Assembly: GCA_963833225.1 (NCBI GenBank)
Contig: CAWHXD010000007.1
Coordinates: forward strand, 32,001 to 96,000
Direction: 5' to 3'
DNA: 64,000 nucleotides
DNA from: an uncultured Chloroflexia bacterium
GTDB lineage: Bacteria; Chloroflexota; Limnocylindria; Limnocylindrales; CSP1-4
Position numbers and translations under genes: made by a program. The notes beneath the pieces are model-generated. The model was not told the origin of the DNA, ran no database searches, and saw only the letters and a list, made by a program, of their open reading frames with translations. Below, in pieces: positions 28,517-38,932 of this stretch; within the stretch, counting starts at the first letter, position 1, and every line of letters begins with the position of its first letter.

Positions 28517-28819
28517 ATGACGAACCTCCAGGATCGGCGACGACCGAGGACCCAGGATGGACGGATCCTCGGCTGGATCTCTGGGCTCAGCCTGCTCCTC
28601 GCCCCATGGATCGTTGCCGGCGTCATCAGCACCTTGACGCCGGATCCGGAAGCGGCCTTTCCGTGGGGCTATGCATTTGGCCTTGTCGCCATGGCGGCCT
28701 GGATCGGCTTCGGAAGCTGGCGCATCCCCGGCTTCAGGAAGGGCGGTCTGATGGGCTCGGTGATGGCGCTTGGGGTCTTCGCCGTCTTGTTGGGCGTTCT
28801 GTTGCTGATGCAGCCCTGA
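28517..28819 (+). CDS. Small membrane protein
   Basis: Three hydrophobic segments. Confidence 0.6.
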   Translation: MTNLQDRRRPRTQDGRILGWISGLSLLLAPWIVAGVISTLTPDPEAAFPWGYAFGLVAMAAWIGFGSWRIPGFRKGGLMGSVMALGVFAVLLGVLLLMQP

Positions 28820-28934
28820 GTCGTCGTCACCCGGTTTGGATGGGCGTTCAGCCGAATCGGTATGCGCCCGGGCGGCGAGCGCTCTCTGGGTCCCCGGTCG
28901 AGACCCACCGGGCAGTCAGGCGAGCGGCGCCACT

Positions 28935-28967
28935 GGCAAGTACTTGACAACTAGGACAGTACTTGCC
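28935..28967 (+). promoter_or_regulatory. Inverted-repeat operator overlapping a -35 box
   Basis: GGCAAGTACT-13 bp-AGTACTTGCC with TTGACA at 28944. Confidence 0.65.
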
Positions 28968-29005
28968 ACACTCGCGCCAACAGGTCGCAGAAGAGGTACG
29001 AGACC

Positions 29006-29482
29006 ATGACGAATGCCCTGGAACCGGCCGAGGCCCGGGAGGCACTCGCCGAGATGGAGCGGCGCCAAGAGCAGGTCATCGAAGGGACGCTCGTTCCAGG
29101 TTGGTATTGGTGGGCCGTGGCGCTCCTGACCGTGGGCCTTGGTGTCGGCGTCGATACGCGCGACCCGGCTGCCATCGCAGCGACCGCCGGCATCTTCGGG
29201 GTGGCCATCCCGCTGCTCACCGTGTGGATCGCGTTTGGCGGTCGCCGCCACGTGAAGGTCCATGAGCGGCTCCTCGGCTCACGCGGTGCGGGCCTCATCC
29301 TTGGCTTCGTGTGGCTCGTGGTTGGTGGCACCCTTGCGCTGGCGTTCGCCCTCCAGGCCGCGGACGTCCGACCCGCGGGGACGATCTCGACCCTCGCCTG
29401 TGCGGCCGTGCTCGTCGTCGGAGGTCCGGTCCTGATGCGGCGGCTTCGCGAGATGATGCGGCGCCAGGCGGGGGTCGGTTGA
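29006..29482 (+). CDS. Membrane protein
   Basis: 4 TM segments; RBS GAGG. Confidence 0.75.
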   Translation: MTNALEPAEAREALAEMERRQEQVIEGTLVPGWYWWAVALLTVGLGVGVDTRDPAAIAATAGIFGVAIPLLTVWIAFGGRRHVKVHERLLGSRGAGLILGFVWLVVGGTLALAFALQAADVRPAGTISTLACAAVLVVGGPVLMRRLREMMRRQAGVG

Positions 29483-29874
29483 TGGCCACGCCACGGTTCG
29501 ACGAACTGATCCATGCCCGGACCCGGTTGTCGATCGTCTCACTCCTTGGCGCCTCGGACTGGGCGGAGTTCAGGTTTCTCCGCGAGTCCCTCGGTCTGTC
29601 CGACTCGGTGCTGTCGAAGCAGCTGACGCTGCTCGAGAACGCCGGCTACGTGAAGATCCGAAAGGCGTTCGTCGGCAAGCGACCCCGCACGTCGGTGAAG
29701 CTCAGCCCGACCGGGCGCCTCGCGTTCGAAGGCCACGTCCTCAAGCTCCAGGAGATCGCCCTGCAGGGTGGGACTTCGCTCGCCCGCGACGACAGATCGA
29801 CGATCGCGGACGATCCTCAAAGGCCCCCGGATCATGCAACAGCGTCGTCGCCCAGGGCGGACGCCAAGGCCTAG
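29482..29874 (+). CDS. Winged-helix transcriptional regulator
   Basis: FDELIHARTRLSI...LSDSVLSKQL..LENAGYV...GKRPRT. Confidence 0.85.
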   Translation: MATPRFDELIHARTRLSIVSLLGASDWAEFRFLRESLGLSDSVLSKQLTLLENAGYVKIRKAFVGKRPRTSVKLSPTGRLAFEGHVLKLQEIALQGGTSLARDDRSTIADDPQRPPDHATASSPRADAKA

Positions 29875-29948
29875 CGTTTGAAGGCCGCCGCCATCTGGCA
29901 CCACACCTGCAGGCAACTTCCCGCGGTGCGGGAAGTGTCGGTGCGACT

Positions 29949-29964
29949 CCTCTCGCCCCGACCA
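29949..29964 (+). repeat. Last att-like core copy (candidate right boundary of the array)
   Basis: Exact core; no further copies seen from 30 to 64 kb. Confidence 0.88.
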
Positions 29965-30165
29965 ACACCGATCTCTCGAGCGGGCCCGCTGTTCCGGAGG
30001 CCTTCTCTTCCATCGTATGCGCGAGCCAGGTGGCCGTTGATCATGCCGCCCGCTGCCCTGTCGCGTTTGGGGACCGCTTCCACGCCGCTCTCGTTTCGTC
30101 GCGACTGCATCCCGATCGCGCGCCAGACGAACCGGCGACTCGCGCCAGCGTCCGCCACCGGTCGC

Positions 30166-31374
30166 TCAGACCGGCTCGTCGGGCACCCAGCTAACGTCGT
30201 ACACCGGTGCCGGGCCGTGCGAGTCCGGTCCCCGCTCAGCCTCGGGCAGGACGGCGAAGTGGCCCCGGATGCCGAGCGCCTCGCAGCCGATCTCCCAGTT
30301 GGCGCACCAGATCCCGGCGGCGACCGGCCCGTAGTACCTCGACGTGATCGACTGGTAGAGATCGAGGCGCGTCAGGCGGCCGCCATCGGTCACGGCCACG
30401 CCGCGAGTCGTCTGCCCGTTGTACGAGGAGGGGGCCCACTGGCAGATCTCGAATGTCCGGCCGAAGCGATCGAGCGGCGGCGTGTCCACCTTCAACGGCA
30501 CGCGCATGGCCTCATCCGCGAAGAACAGCTCGTCTAGAGGCATGCGCCGGCGCGAGAACCGGGCATTGAAGACCCGGATGAACATCGGCACGAACCAGGA
30601 CCGGTAGCCAACGGCGCAGACGCAGATGACGTGGTCGCGTGCCGGGTCGAACCGGTCGCCGAGGTGCCGCTGGATGCTCCGCTGGTCGGCGCCGGGGCCG
30701 ATCCAGCACGTCCCCAGGCCCATGCGCGTCGCATCGGCGACGATCTTCTCGAGGGTCCGGCCAACATCGATCACGGCCAGCTTGTCGTACTCGAGCGGCG
30801 CGATGGCCACGAGGAACTCGCTCGCGTTGACCGTCGGCCAGACCGTGAGCTTCTCAGAGACGTACTCGAACCTGACGGCGCGCGTTCCGATTTGCCCGGC
30901 CGCGCTGTGACGCTCGACGGAGGCCAGCAGCTCGTCACGATCCGCCGCCGCCAGCTTCCGCGTCTGGAACGATCGGCAGGATCGCCGGGCCCGCATCAGG
31001 CCGAACGCCCCCAGGCCGTCGAGTCGGCTGGGCCTGGGCTCGGGGGGTCGAATGCGGAACTTGACGGTGATGAGGTCGAAGACCTCGAGGACGAGCAATG
31101 CAACGCCGGCCAGCGCAAGGGTTGCTGCCACCGGCGCCAGACCGAGCAGCTGGGCAAGCCCTGCGATCACGAGGACGGCGAGCGCCACCAGGGCCGGCGG
31201 GACGTACTGCAGCCAGCCAGTGAACTGCAGGCGCAGCTTGACCCGCCAGAGCTTCTCGAAGGCTGCCCGGAGGAAGGGAATGGGGATCCTGTCGATGACC
31301 GCCTGCTCGTTCGCCGAGAGGGGCCGTTGGGCGGGGTTGGTGCTGGTGGCCTGCGGCAGACCCTGACCGGACAT
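30166..31374 (-). CDS. Nitroreductase family protein with N-terminal TM segments
   Basis: RRSCRSF; GLGTCWIG; WAPSSYNGQ. Confidence 0.85.
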   Translation of the reverse strand: MSGQGLPQATSTNPAQRPLSANEQAVIDRIPIPFLRAAFEKLWRVKLRLQFTGWLQYVPPALVALAVLVIAGLAQLLGLAPVAATLALAGVALLVLEVFDLITVKFRIRPPEPRPSRLDGLGAFGLMRARRSCRSFQTRKLAAADRDELLASVERHSAAGQIGTRAVRFEYVSEKLTVWPTVNASEFLVAIAPLEYDKLAVIDVGRTLEKIVADATRMGLGTCWIGPGADQRSIQRHLGDRFDPARDHVICVCAVGYRSWFVPMFIRVFNARFSRRRMPLDELFFADEAMRVPLKVDTPPLDRFGRTFEICQWAPSSYNGQTTRGVAVTDGGRLTRLDLYQSITSRYYGPVAAGIWCANWEIGCEALGIRGHFAVLPEAERGPDSHGPAPVYDVSWVPDEPV

Positions 31375-31392
31375 GACAGCGGACTCCGTGTG

Positions 31393-31455
31393 CTGATTGC
31401 AACCTCTTGCTTGCAATCAGACTACGGCGGAGCCTATTGCAAGTCAATACTTGCA
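31393..31455. promoter_or_regulatory. Two palindromic TetR operators in the divergent intergenic region
   Basis: CTGATTGCAA-8-TTGCAATCAG and TGCAAGT-4-ACTTGCA. Confidence 0.7.
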
Positions 31456-31491
31456 TCGAGTACGCTCCGGTCGATCGAGAGCGGAGGACGC

Positions 31492-32073
31492 ATGCCGAAG
31501 GTCGTGGATGAGGCCGGGATATTCGCGGCGGCGATCGAGCGATTGATGGCCCGCGGCTACGACGGCGCGACGACGAGGGACATCGCGGACGCGGCTGGCG
31601 TCAACGAGGTCACCCTGTTCCGCCGCTACGGGAGCAAGGCGTCGCTGTTCGAGCAGGCCATTGCCAGCCGGCTCGCGGAGACGCCGCTCAGTCGACTGGC
31701 GTACACCGGCGACCTCGAGGCTGATCTCCTGTCAATCGTCCAGGCCTACCTGCTGACGAACGAGGCGCACGGCGACATCATCCCGATCATCCTCATCGAA
31801 ATGCCCCGGCATCCGGACCTTCGATCGTCGATGGGCGCGCCCTGGAAGAACCTCCAGGGCGTCATCGGGATCGTCCAGCGCTACCAGCACGACGGTCTCC
31901 TCGGCGCGGAGCACCCGCTGTCCGTCATCGGCTCATTGCTGGGACCGGTCATGATCAGCCAGATGTTCCGGCGGGCCAACCTGGCGCTGGAGGCGCCGAC
32001 CGTCGACCCCAAGGCGCACGTCGACGCATTCCTTCGCGGGCGGGAGCGACACCTGCCGATCCCTGCCGGGTGA
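31492..32073 (+). CDS. TetR family regulator
   Basis: GYDGATTRDIADAAGVNEVTLFRRYGSK. Confidence 0.92.
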   Translation: MPKVVDEAGIFAAAIERLMARGYDGATTRDIADAAGVNEVTLFRRYGSKASLFEQAIASRLAETPLSRLAYTGDLEADLLSIVQAYLLTNEAHGDIIPIILIEMPRHPDLRSSMGAPWKNLQGVIGIVQRYQHDGLLGAEHPLSVIGSLLGPVMISQMFRRANLALEAPTVDPKAHVDAFLRGRERHLPIPAG

Positions 32074-32523
32074 GCGCTCCTTGAGGAGCGCCCTCGCTGG
32101 CGTGGCGCCATGAGCGACCGCCTCGAACTGCGCGTTGGTGCAGGGCTCGGTGCCGGTCGGGAGCGCCGTGACTGTCGTCATCTCACGCTCCTCCAGAAGG
32201 CCGAGGCCTCGAGCACCCGCAGCGCGAGGATCGCGTCCGCGGCACCGATCCGGGCCGAGCTGTAGGCGTCGGCCCGGACGCGCTCGGGGGGAGCGTCATC
32301 CCTGCGCTCATCGCCCATGCCGGCGCAGTCGGTCAATCCAGGCAAAGGGCACGGGCTTGTCGGTCCGCGAGTTGGCGAGGCAGGCCGCTCAGCGCATCGC
32401 CCGAGAGAAGGCGCTGACGGCACAACGCCAGGCGCACGAGCGTGTTGCCGGGGCGTGGGCGAAGGGCCAGCCAATCCTTGGTCTGACCGACCAACGGCAG
32501 GGCGACGACGATGCCGCCAGCCC

Positions 32524-33009
32524 CTACCTCGAGCCGATGGCCCAGGGTGTCGCCGGCGGCCCCTCGCTGTGAAGGCGCTCCACGATCTCGACCAGTCCTT
32601 CTGGAAAGAACCTGTCCGCCGAGAGCCGCAGATCAGCCAGCGGCCACCAGCGATGCGCCGCGACCGCGGCGGCCTCGTTGTCGCCGGGACGACTCGAGCG
32701 GATCTCCGGTCGATCGACGCGTCCAAGGAGATGCCACTCGTCCTGGTCGAAGAGTCGACCCCCATACGCGAACTGCGCCCGCCGACGAAGAACGACCGGC
32801 CCGAGGCCAGGAACATCAACGCCGAGCTCCTCGTTCAATTCTCGACGCGCCGCTGCCTGGGGCGACTCGCCATCCTCGATGCGCCCGCCGGGGGGATACC
32901 GGTACGCGCCCCGTTCGGGATCTGGATCAAACAGGAGCAAGAGGCGATCCTGCTGGTCGAACAAGAGCACGCGCGCAACCTCGCGCTGGATCACCGGCTG
33001 TTGCTTCAT
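32524..33009 (-). CDS. NUDIX hydrolase
   Basis: GGRIEDGESPQAAARRELNEELG. Confidence 0.9.
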   Translation of the reverse strand: MKQQPVIQREVARVLLFDQQDRLLLLFDPDPERGAYRYPPGGRIEDGESPQAAARRELNEELGVDVPGLGPVVLRRRAQFAYGGRLFDQDEWHLLGRVDRPEIRSSRPGDNEAAAVAAHRWWPLADLRLSADRFFPEGLVEIVERLHSEGPPATPWAIGSR

Positions 33010-33173
33010 CGTGCCGAAGTCTTGGCGTCAATGGCGTCGGCGTCAATCAAGCCCACCCGCTGCCGAATGAGATACACACTCGGCGCGTCAGGAACCAGAA
33101 TGGCTCTGTCATCGACCGGATCGACAGCGGCTGAGGGCCTCCGCAGCAGTGGCGACGCACAGGAGGGTCGGGG

Positions 33174-35468
33174 ATGAACAGGAAGACGCAGGCTCCGAGC
33201 CAGCTGCAACGGTTGTCGAATGCGATCGAGGGCGAGGTCGCGTTTGGTCAGACCACCTGCCAACCAGCGCCCGCCGCAAGGCCGGTCGGTGACGCGACCA
33301 CAGGCGTCGTCTTCGTGCACGGCATCGGGGACCAACTGCGGGCCGACACTCTCCTTGGGTGGTCCGGCGCGATCACCCGGGCCGTCGCAAGCTGGGCCGC
33401 TGCCGCGAGCCCGGAAGGGGTGCCGACCGGGGACCAGGTGATCAGGAGCGAAGTCGACTTCGAAAGCTCCGACCTGCCGCTGGTGATCATCCGGGTTCCT
33501 GCCGCGACCGTGAGCGAGTTGACCCTTGGCGAAAGGACCTTCCTGCCGCAGACCTGGGTCATGACCGAAGCGCGCTGGGCCCAGGATGTCAGGCCCCCGA
33601 GCCTCGAGACGATGATCGACTGGTGTGGACCGCGTGGGGTGGTCGCCAGCGTGGTCGGACGGATCGTCGGTCAGGGGATCGCGTCGCCGGACCCAACGAC
33701 CGGAGGCTGTCTGCCGCCCGCCGCGCCGCCACCCGCCGCCGATCCGGCGCGGGGCCTGCTGCGGGCTCTGGCCGAGGTGGGCTTGTCGACGTTCGTGTCG
33801 GTCGTCGTGACGGCCGGGTTGCTCGTCTATGCGGTGCTACGGACGCTGGCCGGGATCGTTCCGTACCAGCCCCTCAAGGATGCGATCGACCGGATGTCGC
33901 TCGACACGTTCCTGACGACCTGGTGGGGCGATGTCTATGTCCTGCTCGACGACCCCGTGCAAGCGGCGAACATCCGTGGTCAGCTGGACCGGTCGATCCG
34001 TGCGCTGCGGAAGTTCGGTTGCAATCGAGTGGTGGTGGTCGGCCACTCCGGCGGCACGATCGTCAGCTACATGGCCCTGTCTGATCCGGCCCTGTCCGCG
34101 TCCGCCGACACCCTCGTTACCCACGGTCAGGCCATTCAGATGGCGCGCGCCATCTACCGGGCAGAGGGGTCATCTCCATCGAGTCCCGCGGTGCGACTGG
34201 CCGTCGGGGCGACGCTTCGTGGAGTGACCCGGTGGCACGACCTGCACGCGACGCACGACCCGGCCCCGGCCGGCCGACTCGATGAGGCGGCCACCGCAGG
34301 CGTCGGCACAGCAGGGTTCTGCGATACCGAGGTGTGGAACAGGCTGAGCATGACGGGCGACCACGGTGGGTACTTCGAGAATGATGAGGAGTTCCTGGAG
34401 GCTTTGCTATCGGACATCGAAACGACGGGTGACCCGGGTGCCCCATCGAGGTTCGAGGGCGGACGGCAGACTCGGATCACGCGTCGTCGCCAGCGCGTCT
34501 ACATCCTCGCGCTTTGGAAGCGGCTGATGTACGTGCTCCCCCTGGCCGCGATCTTGACCGCGTTCCTCGTGCCGTGGATGGGGCTCATCCCGGTTCTGCG
34601 AGACGTCGCGGCGGCGATTGCCTCCGCCGCGGCGACGATCGTGGCCGTGGCCCCCGGATCGACCGAGCTCGGCGAGATGATCGCTTCGGCTCCTTCGATC
34701 CGGGTTGAGGGCCTCGTGACGGCGGCAGCCTCGGTCGTCGCGACGTTCTACATCTTCGCCATCGCCAAGGCGATCATGCCGATCGGCCGGATCGCGATCT
34801 GGTCGGGCGCGCGGAAATGGTTCTTCCTCATGCTCGACTTCGGGGTGTTCCTCGTGGCCGTTGCCATCGCCTGGCTCGCCCCGGCGTCGCTCTCGGGTGA
34901 CCCATTGGCGGCCTTCCGGGATCTCCGCGATCGAGTCGTGAACGATCCGGCGGTCCTCTCCGCGATCCTTGTCTCGGTGGTCGTGGTCGTCGTCCTCGCC
35001 GTCGGGCCAATCCGGACGGCCGTGGTCGAAGCCAGCACCGGCCACTATCGAGCGACGAGGCTCACCGTCTTGGGGTTGGGCTCGGCCGTCCTCTGGCTGG
35101 CCGCCTACGGGATCGTTGTCGATGAGGGCATCCGAACGATCGTTTCGGCGACGGCGGTCGCGCTCCTGGGTTTCGGGGTCCTGGGCAAGATTGGCACCTG
35201 GCGCTGGGACCGATGGGACGTCGCCGAGCGGACCGTTGCGCGCGAACGCAAGGCGCCGTTCCGGCGGCGCTGGATCTGGCTCCAATTCCTGTTCCTGGGC
35301 GGGGTAGGTGTCGCGGCCGCGATCGGGATCGCGGTCGGACTCTCGTCGTTGCTGATCCTCGGCGGGATCGCGCTCGTGATCGCGCTCGTTGTATTCGTCA
35401 TCGCGGATGTCGCGGTTCTCAAAGAACCGGGTGTCCCGAACCCGACCGTCGGGGCGGGTCAGGCGTGA
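33174..35468 (+). CDS. Membrane protein with lipase-like alpha/beta domain
   Basis: VFVHGIG, VGHSGG, HDP, DHGGY; about 8 C-terminal TM segments. Confidence 0.7.
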   Translation: MNRKTQAPSQLQRLSNAIEGEVAFGQTTCQPAPAARPVGDATTGVVFVHGIGDQLRADTLLGWSGAITRAVASWAAAASPEGVPTGDQVIRSEVDFESSDLPLVIIRVPAATVSELTLGERTFLPQTWVMTEARWAQDVRPPSLETMIDWCGPRGVVASVVGRIVGQGIASPDPTTGGCLPPAAPPPAADPARGLLRALAEVGLSTFVSVVVTAGLLVYAVLRTLAGIVPYQPLKDAIDRMSLDTFLTTWWGDVYVLLDDPVQAANIRGQLDRSIRALRKFGCNRVVVVGHSGGTIVSYMALSDPALSASADTLVTHGQAIQMARAIYRAEGSSPSSPAVRLAVGATLRGVTRWHDLHATHDPAPAGRLDEAATAGVGTAGFCDTEVWNRLSMTGDHGGYFENDEEFLEALLSDIETTGDPGAPSRFEGGRQTRITRRRQRVYILALWKRLMYVLPLAAILTAFLVPWMGLIPVLRDVAAAIASAAATIVAVAPGSTELGEMIASAPSIRVEGLVTAAASVVATFYIFAIAKAIMPIGRIAIWSGARKWFFLMLDFGVFLVAVAIAWLAPASLSGDPLAAFRDLRDRVVNDPAVLSAILVSVVVVVVLAVGPIRTAVVEASTGHYRATRLTVLGLGSAVLWLAAYGIVVDEGIRTIVSATAVALLGFGVLGKIGTWRWDRWDVAERTVARERKAPFRRRWIWLQFLFLGGVGVAAAIGIAVGLSSLLILGGIALVIALVVFVIADVAVLKEPGVPNPTVGAGQA

Positions 35469-35625
35469 CGAGGCGCCGGAGCGCGTCGACGACGAGCTGG
35501 CCCATACGGGGATCCTCCGTGCGAAGAGCGGCGGCGACAGGGTCTCGATCTCTATTCTGCCGTGTGGGCCACGGTTTCGGCGCCCTGAGAACCGAAGCCA
35601 ACATCTGCTCGTCTATACGGGCACC

Positions 35626-36198
35626 ATGGGAGCACTCGCGTACGTCCTGACGCGGCCAGTTGGGGAGATCGAACTGACCGGGAGACGCACCGACGCTGGG
35701 CGGCAGATCCTCACCGCGATTCGTGCCGGGCTCGACCGGCGCTACCGGCTGGCGGGTCTCCTGCTGGGGAACGCCGCCGACGCCGAGGACGCAACTCAGG
35801 AGGCGATGCTCCGCGCCTGGCGATCGGCCGATTCCTTGCGCGACCCGTCTCGGGTGGATGCCTGGCTTGACGGCATCCTCGTCAATGTCTGCCGGGATCG
35901 GCTGCGACGTCGGAGGATCGTTCGGTTCATTCCCCTCGCGGATGGTGCAGCCGGCCCCGCCCGTGACCAGTTCCAGGGCGTCCTGGATCGGGACGAGATC
36001 GTGCGAGCGATGGGCAGCCTCGACGCAGACCAGCGGATCGTCGTGGTCATGCACTACTGGGGCGGACTGACGCTCGAGGGCATTGCCGACCGCCTGGGGT
36101 GGCCAGTCGGGACAGTGAAGTCGCGACTCCACCACGCCTTGCGTCGAATGCGCGCCGCCCTCGATGTCCCGCTCACCCATCCTGACGCGTCTTCATGA
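35626..36198 (+). CDS. ECF sigma factor
   Basis: DAEDATQEA..RAW; IADRLGWPVGTVKSRLH. Confidence 0.9.
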   Translation: MGALAYVLTRPVGEIELTGRRTDAGRQILTAIRAGLDRRYRLAGLLLGNAADAEDATQEAMLRAWRSADSLRDPSRVDAWLDGILVNVCRDRLRRRRIVRFIPLADGAAGPARDQFQGVLDRDEIVRAMGSLDADQRIVVVMHYWGGLTLEGIADRLGWPVGTVKSRLHHALRRMRAALDVPLTHPDASS

Positions 36199-37398
36199 GC
36201 GACGATCTCGACCGGCGATTGCGTGAGAGCCTCGGCGATCTACCCCTGCCGGAAGCGCCGCACACCCTCCACGACGCCGCGGACCGACTCGAAGCCGAGC
36301 CGGTTCCGCCACGAACTCGTGCTCGACGGCTGATTCCTGCCTCGGTTGCGGTGCTCGTCGTCGCGTTCGCCGCGACGACGGTGCTCATCGGTGGGAGCTC
36401 CCTCCCCCACATGCCGGCGTCAACTCGTCGCCAACGGCGAGCCAGCCTCCAGGCTCGTCCCAGCCCGCGAGTGCTGCGGCCGCCACGCAGAGCTCCGCCG
36501 GCGACGCCAGCCGCCAGTGGCGTTCTCAGCGCGAGTGACAACGGGCTCTCAATGACGGTCACGCCCGCCAATCCCTCGGTTGAGCCCGGCGGCAGCGTCA
36601 CGGTCACCGTGACCATCCACAACGGCCGCTCGGGTCCCGTGGTGCTCCAGACTCAGCGGTGCGGAGCGCCGGCCCTGATGAGCTTCATGCTGCCGTTCCC
36701 GGTCGACCCGGCGGGGCGGGTCTGGACTGGGATCGCCGGCGAGTACAAGACCTTTGCCCTCGGTCAGGCGGAGCGCTCGGGCGGCTTCTTGCAGCCCTGG
36801 TACGCGGACGCCAAGCCGTGCCCACAGGACAACGGGTGGGTCCTGACAGTCCAGCCCGGCGAGACGAGCAGGGCAACGCTGGTGTGGACCGCGGAGCTGG
36901 TGGAGGGCGTCCCGGCATTGCCAGGCGACCTCGACTTCACGGTGACGGTCGGCCATGACCCGACGTGCAGGCCCCCGCCCGGTCGAACGTGCGGCCCGGT
37001 CGGAAGCACGGGTGGGACCGTCTTGAGCTGGCCCTGGACCTTCGAGGACATGACGGCCTCCGGCGGCGTGCTGCGGATTGCCGGGGATGCCCACGAAGGT
37101 CGTGACAGCCGGCGAGGCGATCGACGCCCTGCTCTCGAGCCAGCGGTTCACGGACTGGCTGACCGAGCAGCCTGCCAGCACGTGGAGCGTCGCAAACGTG
37201 TTGCTGCAGAACCCGGGCAAGGCGCAAGGCATCGTGCCTGGGGGTCCGTCCTGGGAGGTGGGGCTCACCCGCAAGGTGGGCGTACAGGACGAGTGGGCGA
37301 TCGGGTACGTGGATCCGTTCTCCGGGAAGGTGCTCAGTCTGTCGTTCTGCTACCCGCCGTCGCAATCGGGACCGGGCGGATCGTGCGTGGGCTCCTGA
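36195..37398 (+). CDS. Anti-sigma-like membrane protein (frameshifted)
   Basis: MSDDLDRRLRESL + TM + extracellular region; final part in the 37078-37398 frame. Confidence 0.6.
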
Positions 37399-37585
37399 GG
37401 TAGTCCCGCCGGCGAGCGCGGTCACTCTTCTCGACATCACGGCCCTCAGCGACAGATCACGGCCCTTTGCGACCTGTTCGCGCGACTCCGGGCTCGAGCC
37501 AGGCCCGCGCCGCTCACGTCTCTGTGGGCCTCCGCCCTGACCGGGTCATCAACTCCCGTGAAGTCGATCGGGGCCGCGCGGGTCG

Positions 37586-38087
37586 TCACAGCCTCTCGAC
37601 CCGCGTGCGGCCGGTCGCCTCGCCGAAGGCCCAGAGGTCGATCTCGGGCGGGGTCAGGCCGAGGCTCGTCAACGCCGTGCAGATCTGGCTTCGGTGATCG
37701 GTGCCGTGGTGGACGACCTGCGCGAGGCGGAAGCCGAGCGGCGAGTGGAAGCTCCAGCCGTCGCCGTGCTCGACGATGTCGGCCTCGCCGTCGGGACCGG
37801 CCGCGAGCAGCTCCATCCACGCTGCGCCGTTCGCCGTGATCGCCGACCGTAGCTCGGCCAGGGTCACCACGGCTTGCTCGTCGATCGGTGCGGGCTGTTC
37901 GCGGAGGAACGACAGGTACCAGCCATCGCTGCTGACGAGATGCCGGAACGTGTCGATGACCGAGCCGTAAGTGCCGGGCGCCGGAGCCGCCAGCTGCTCG
38001 GGTGTGAGCGCCGCGCACACGTCGATGCAGTCGCTCGGTCGCCCACACGTGATGGGCGAAGACGTCGTCGAGCAGCGAGGCGGTCAT
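37586..38087 (-). CDS. DinB family protein (frameshift near 38030)
   Basis: FAHHVWAT; FRHLV; VVHHGTDHRSQI. Confidence 0.8.
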
Positions 38088-38806
38088 CGGGCACCCCCGG
38101 CCTTCGTCGCGATGTCGCCGATGATCGCCGCGGTCTCCGCAGGGCGCGACCACATCGGCCAGTGGCTCGTCGGCAGGTCGATCCAGGTGACGTCGCGCAG
38201 CTCCGCGATACCGGCGAGGAACGCCCAGTCGGGGTGCTCCCTCGCGTACGTCTGGTAGGCCTCGGAGGTGTAGCCCAGTCGCGATGATCGTCGAGGGGAT
38301 GTCCCTGCGGGCGTCGTTCGTGAACTCGTGGACATCGCGCAGGAGTCCGGCTGGTTCCGCGACCGCCCGCTCGCCGGAACGTCGCCAGCTGCGGCTCGCT
38401 GAGCCCGTCGAGGTTCTCCTCCGCCTTGATCTCCTCCCAGATCGAAGGGCTTCTCAACGCCCTCGAACTCGGGGTCCGGCGCCCCCTTTCCTGGGGCCGT
38501 GTCGACGTAGACCATCGGCGGCAATCCGGTCCGGGATGACGTCGCTCGCGGCGTAGCCGGAGAAGCCGGTGGCGCTGTGCAAGGCGAGCACGACCGGCGC
38601 GCCCGGCCGCCTCGACGGCGTTGACGATGGCGTCGACATGGTCCTGGCAGGGTGACCCCGGACCGGTCGGCGTCGGCCAATTCGAGCCCGGGCAGCGTCA
38701 GCGCCGTGACGTCGTGGCCGTCGGCGCGGAGCTTCTCGGCCACCTCGTCCCACGCCCAGGCCCCGAGCCAGAACCCGGGGACCAGGATGATCGGTGCGCT
38801 CGTCAT
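38084..38806 (-). CDS. Alpha/beta hydrolase (multiple frameshifts)
   Basis: LVPGFWLGAWAW; LPTSHWPMWSRP. Confidence 0.75.
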   Translation of the reverse strand: MTSAPIILVPGFWLGAWAWDEVAEKLRADGHDVTALTLPGLELADADRSGVTLPGPCRRHRQRRRGGRARRSCSPCTAPPASPATPRATSSRTGLPPMVYVDTAPGKGAPDPEFEGVEKPFDLGGDQGGGEPRRAQRAAAGDVPASGRSRNQPDSCAMSTSSRTTPAGTSPRRSSRLGYTSEAYQTYAREHPDWAFLAGIAELRDVTWIDLPTSHWPMWSRPAETAAIIGDIATKAGGAR

Positions 38807-38932
38807 GTGCGATTCCTCCTCAGCACGTCAGGCGTGGGCGGTCAGCGTGGACGTGTCGTCGGTCCCCTTGAACGTAGCGTCCAGGCTCCGCGCCAGCGGA
38901 TCCTCCAGGGGACCCAACCCCGCGGCACGGGG

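Noticed and set aside
1401-29964. Repeats as a CRISPR array or classical integron attC sites
   Set aside because: Spacing is mostly kilobases and irregular; no cas genes, no IntI tyrosine recombinase, no RYYYAAC/GTTRRRY ends
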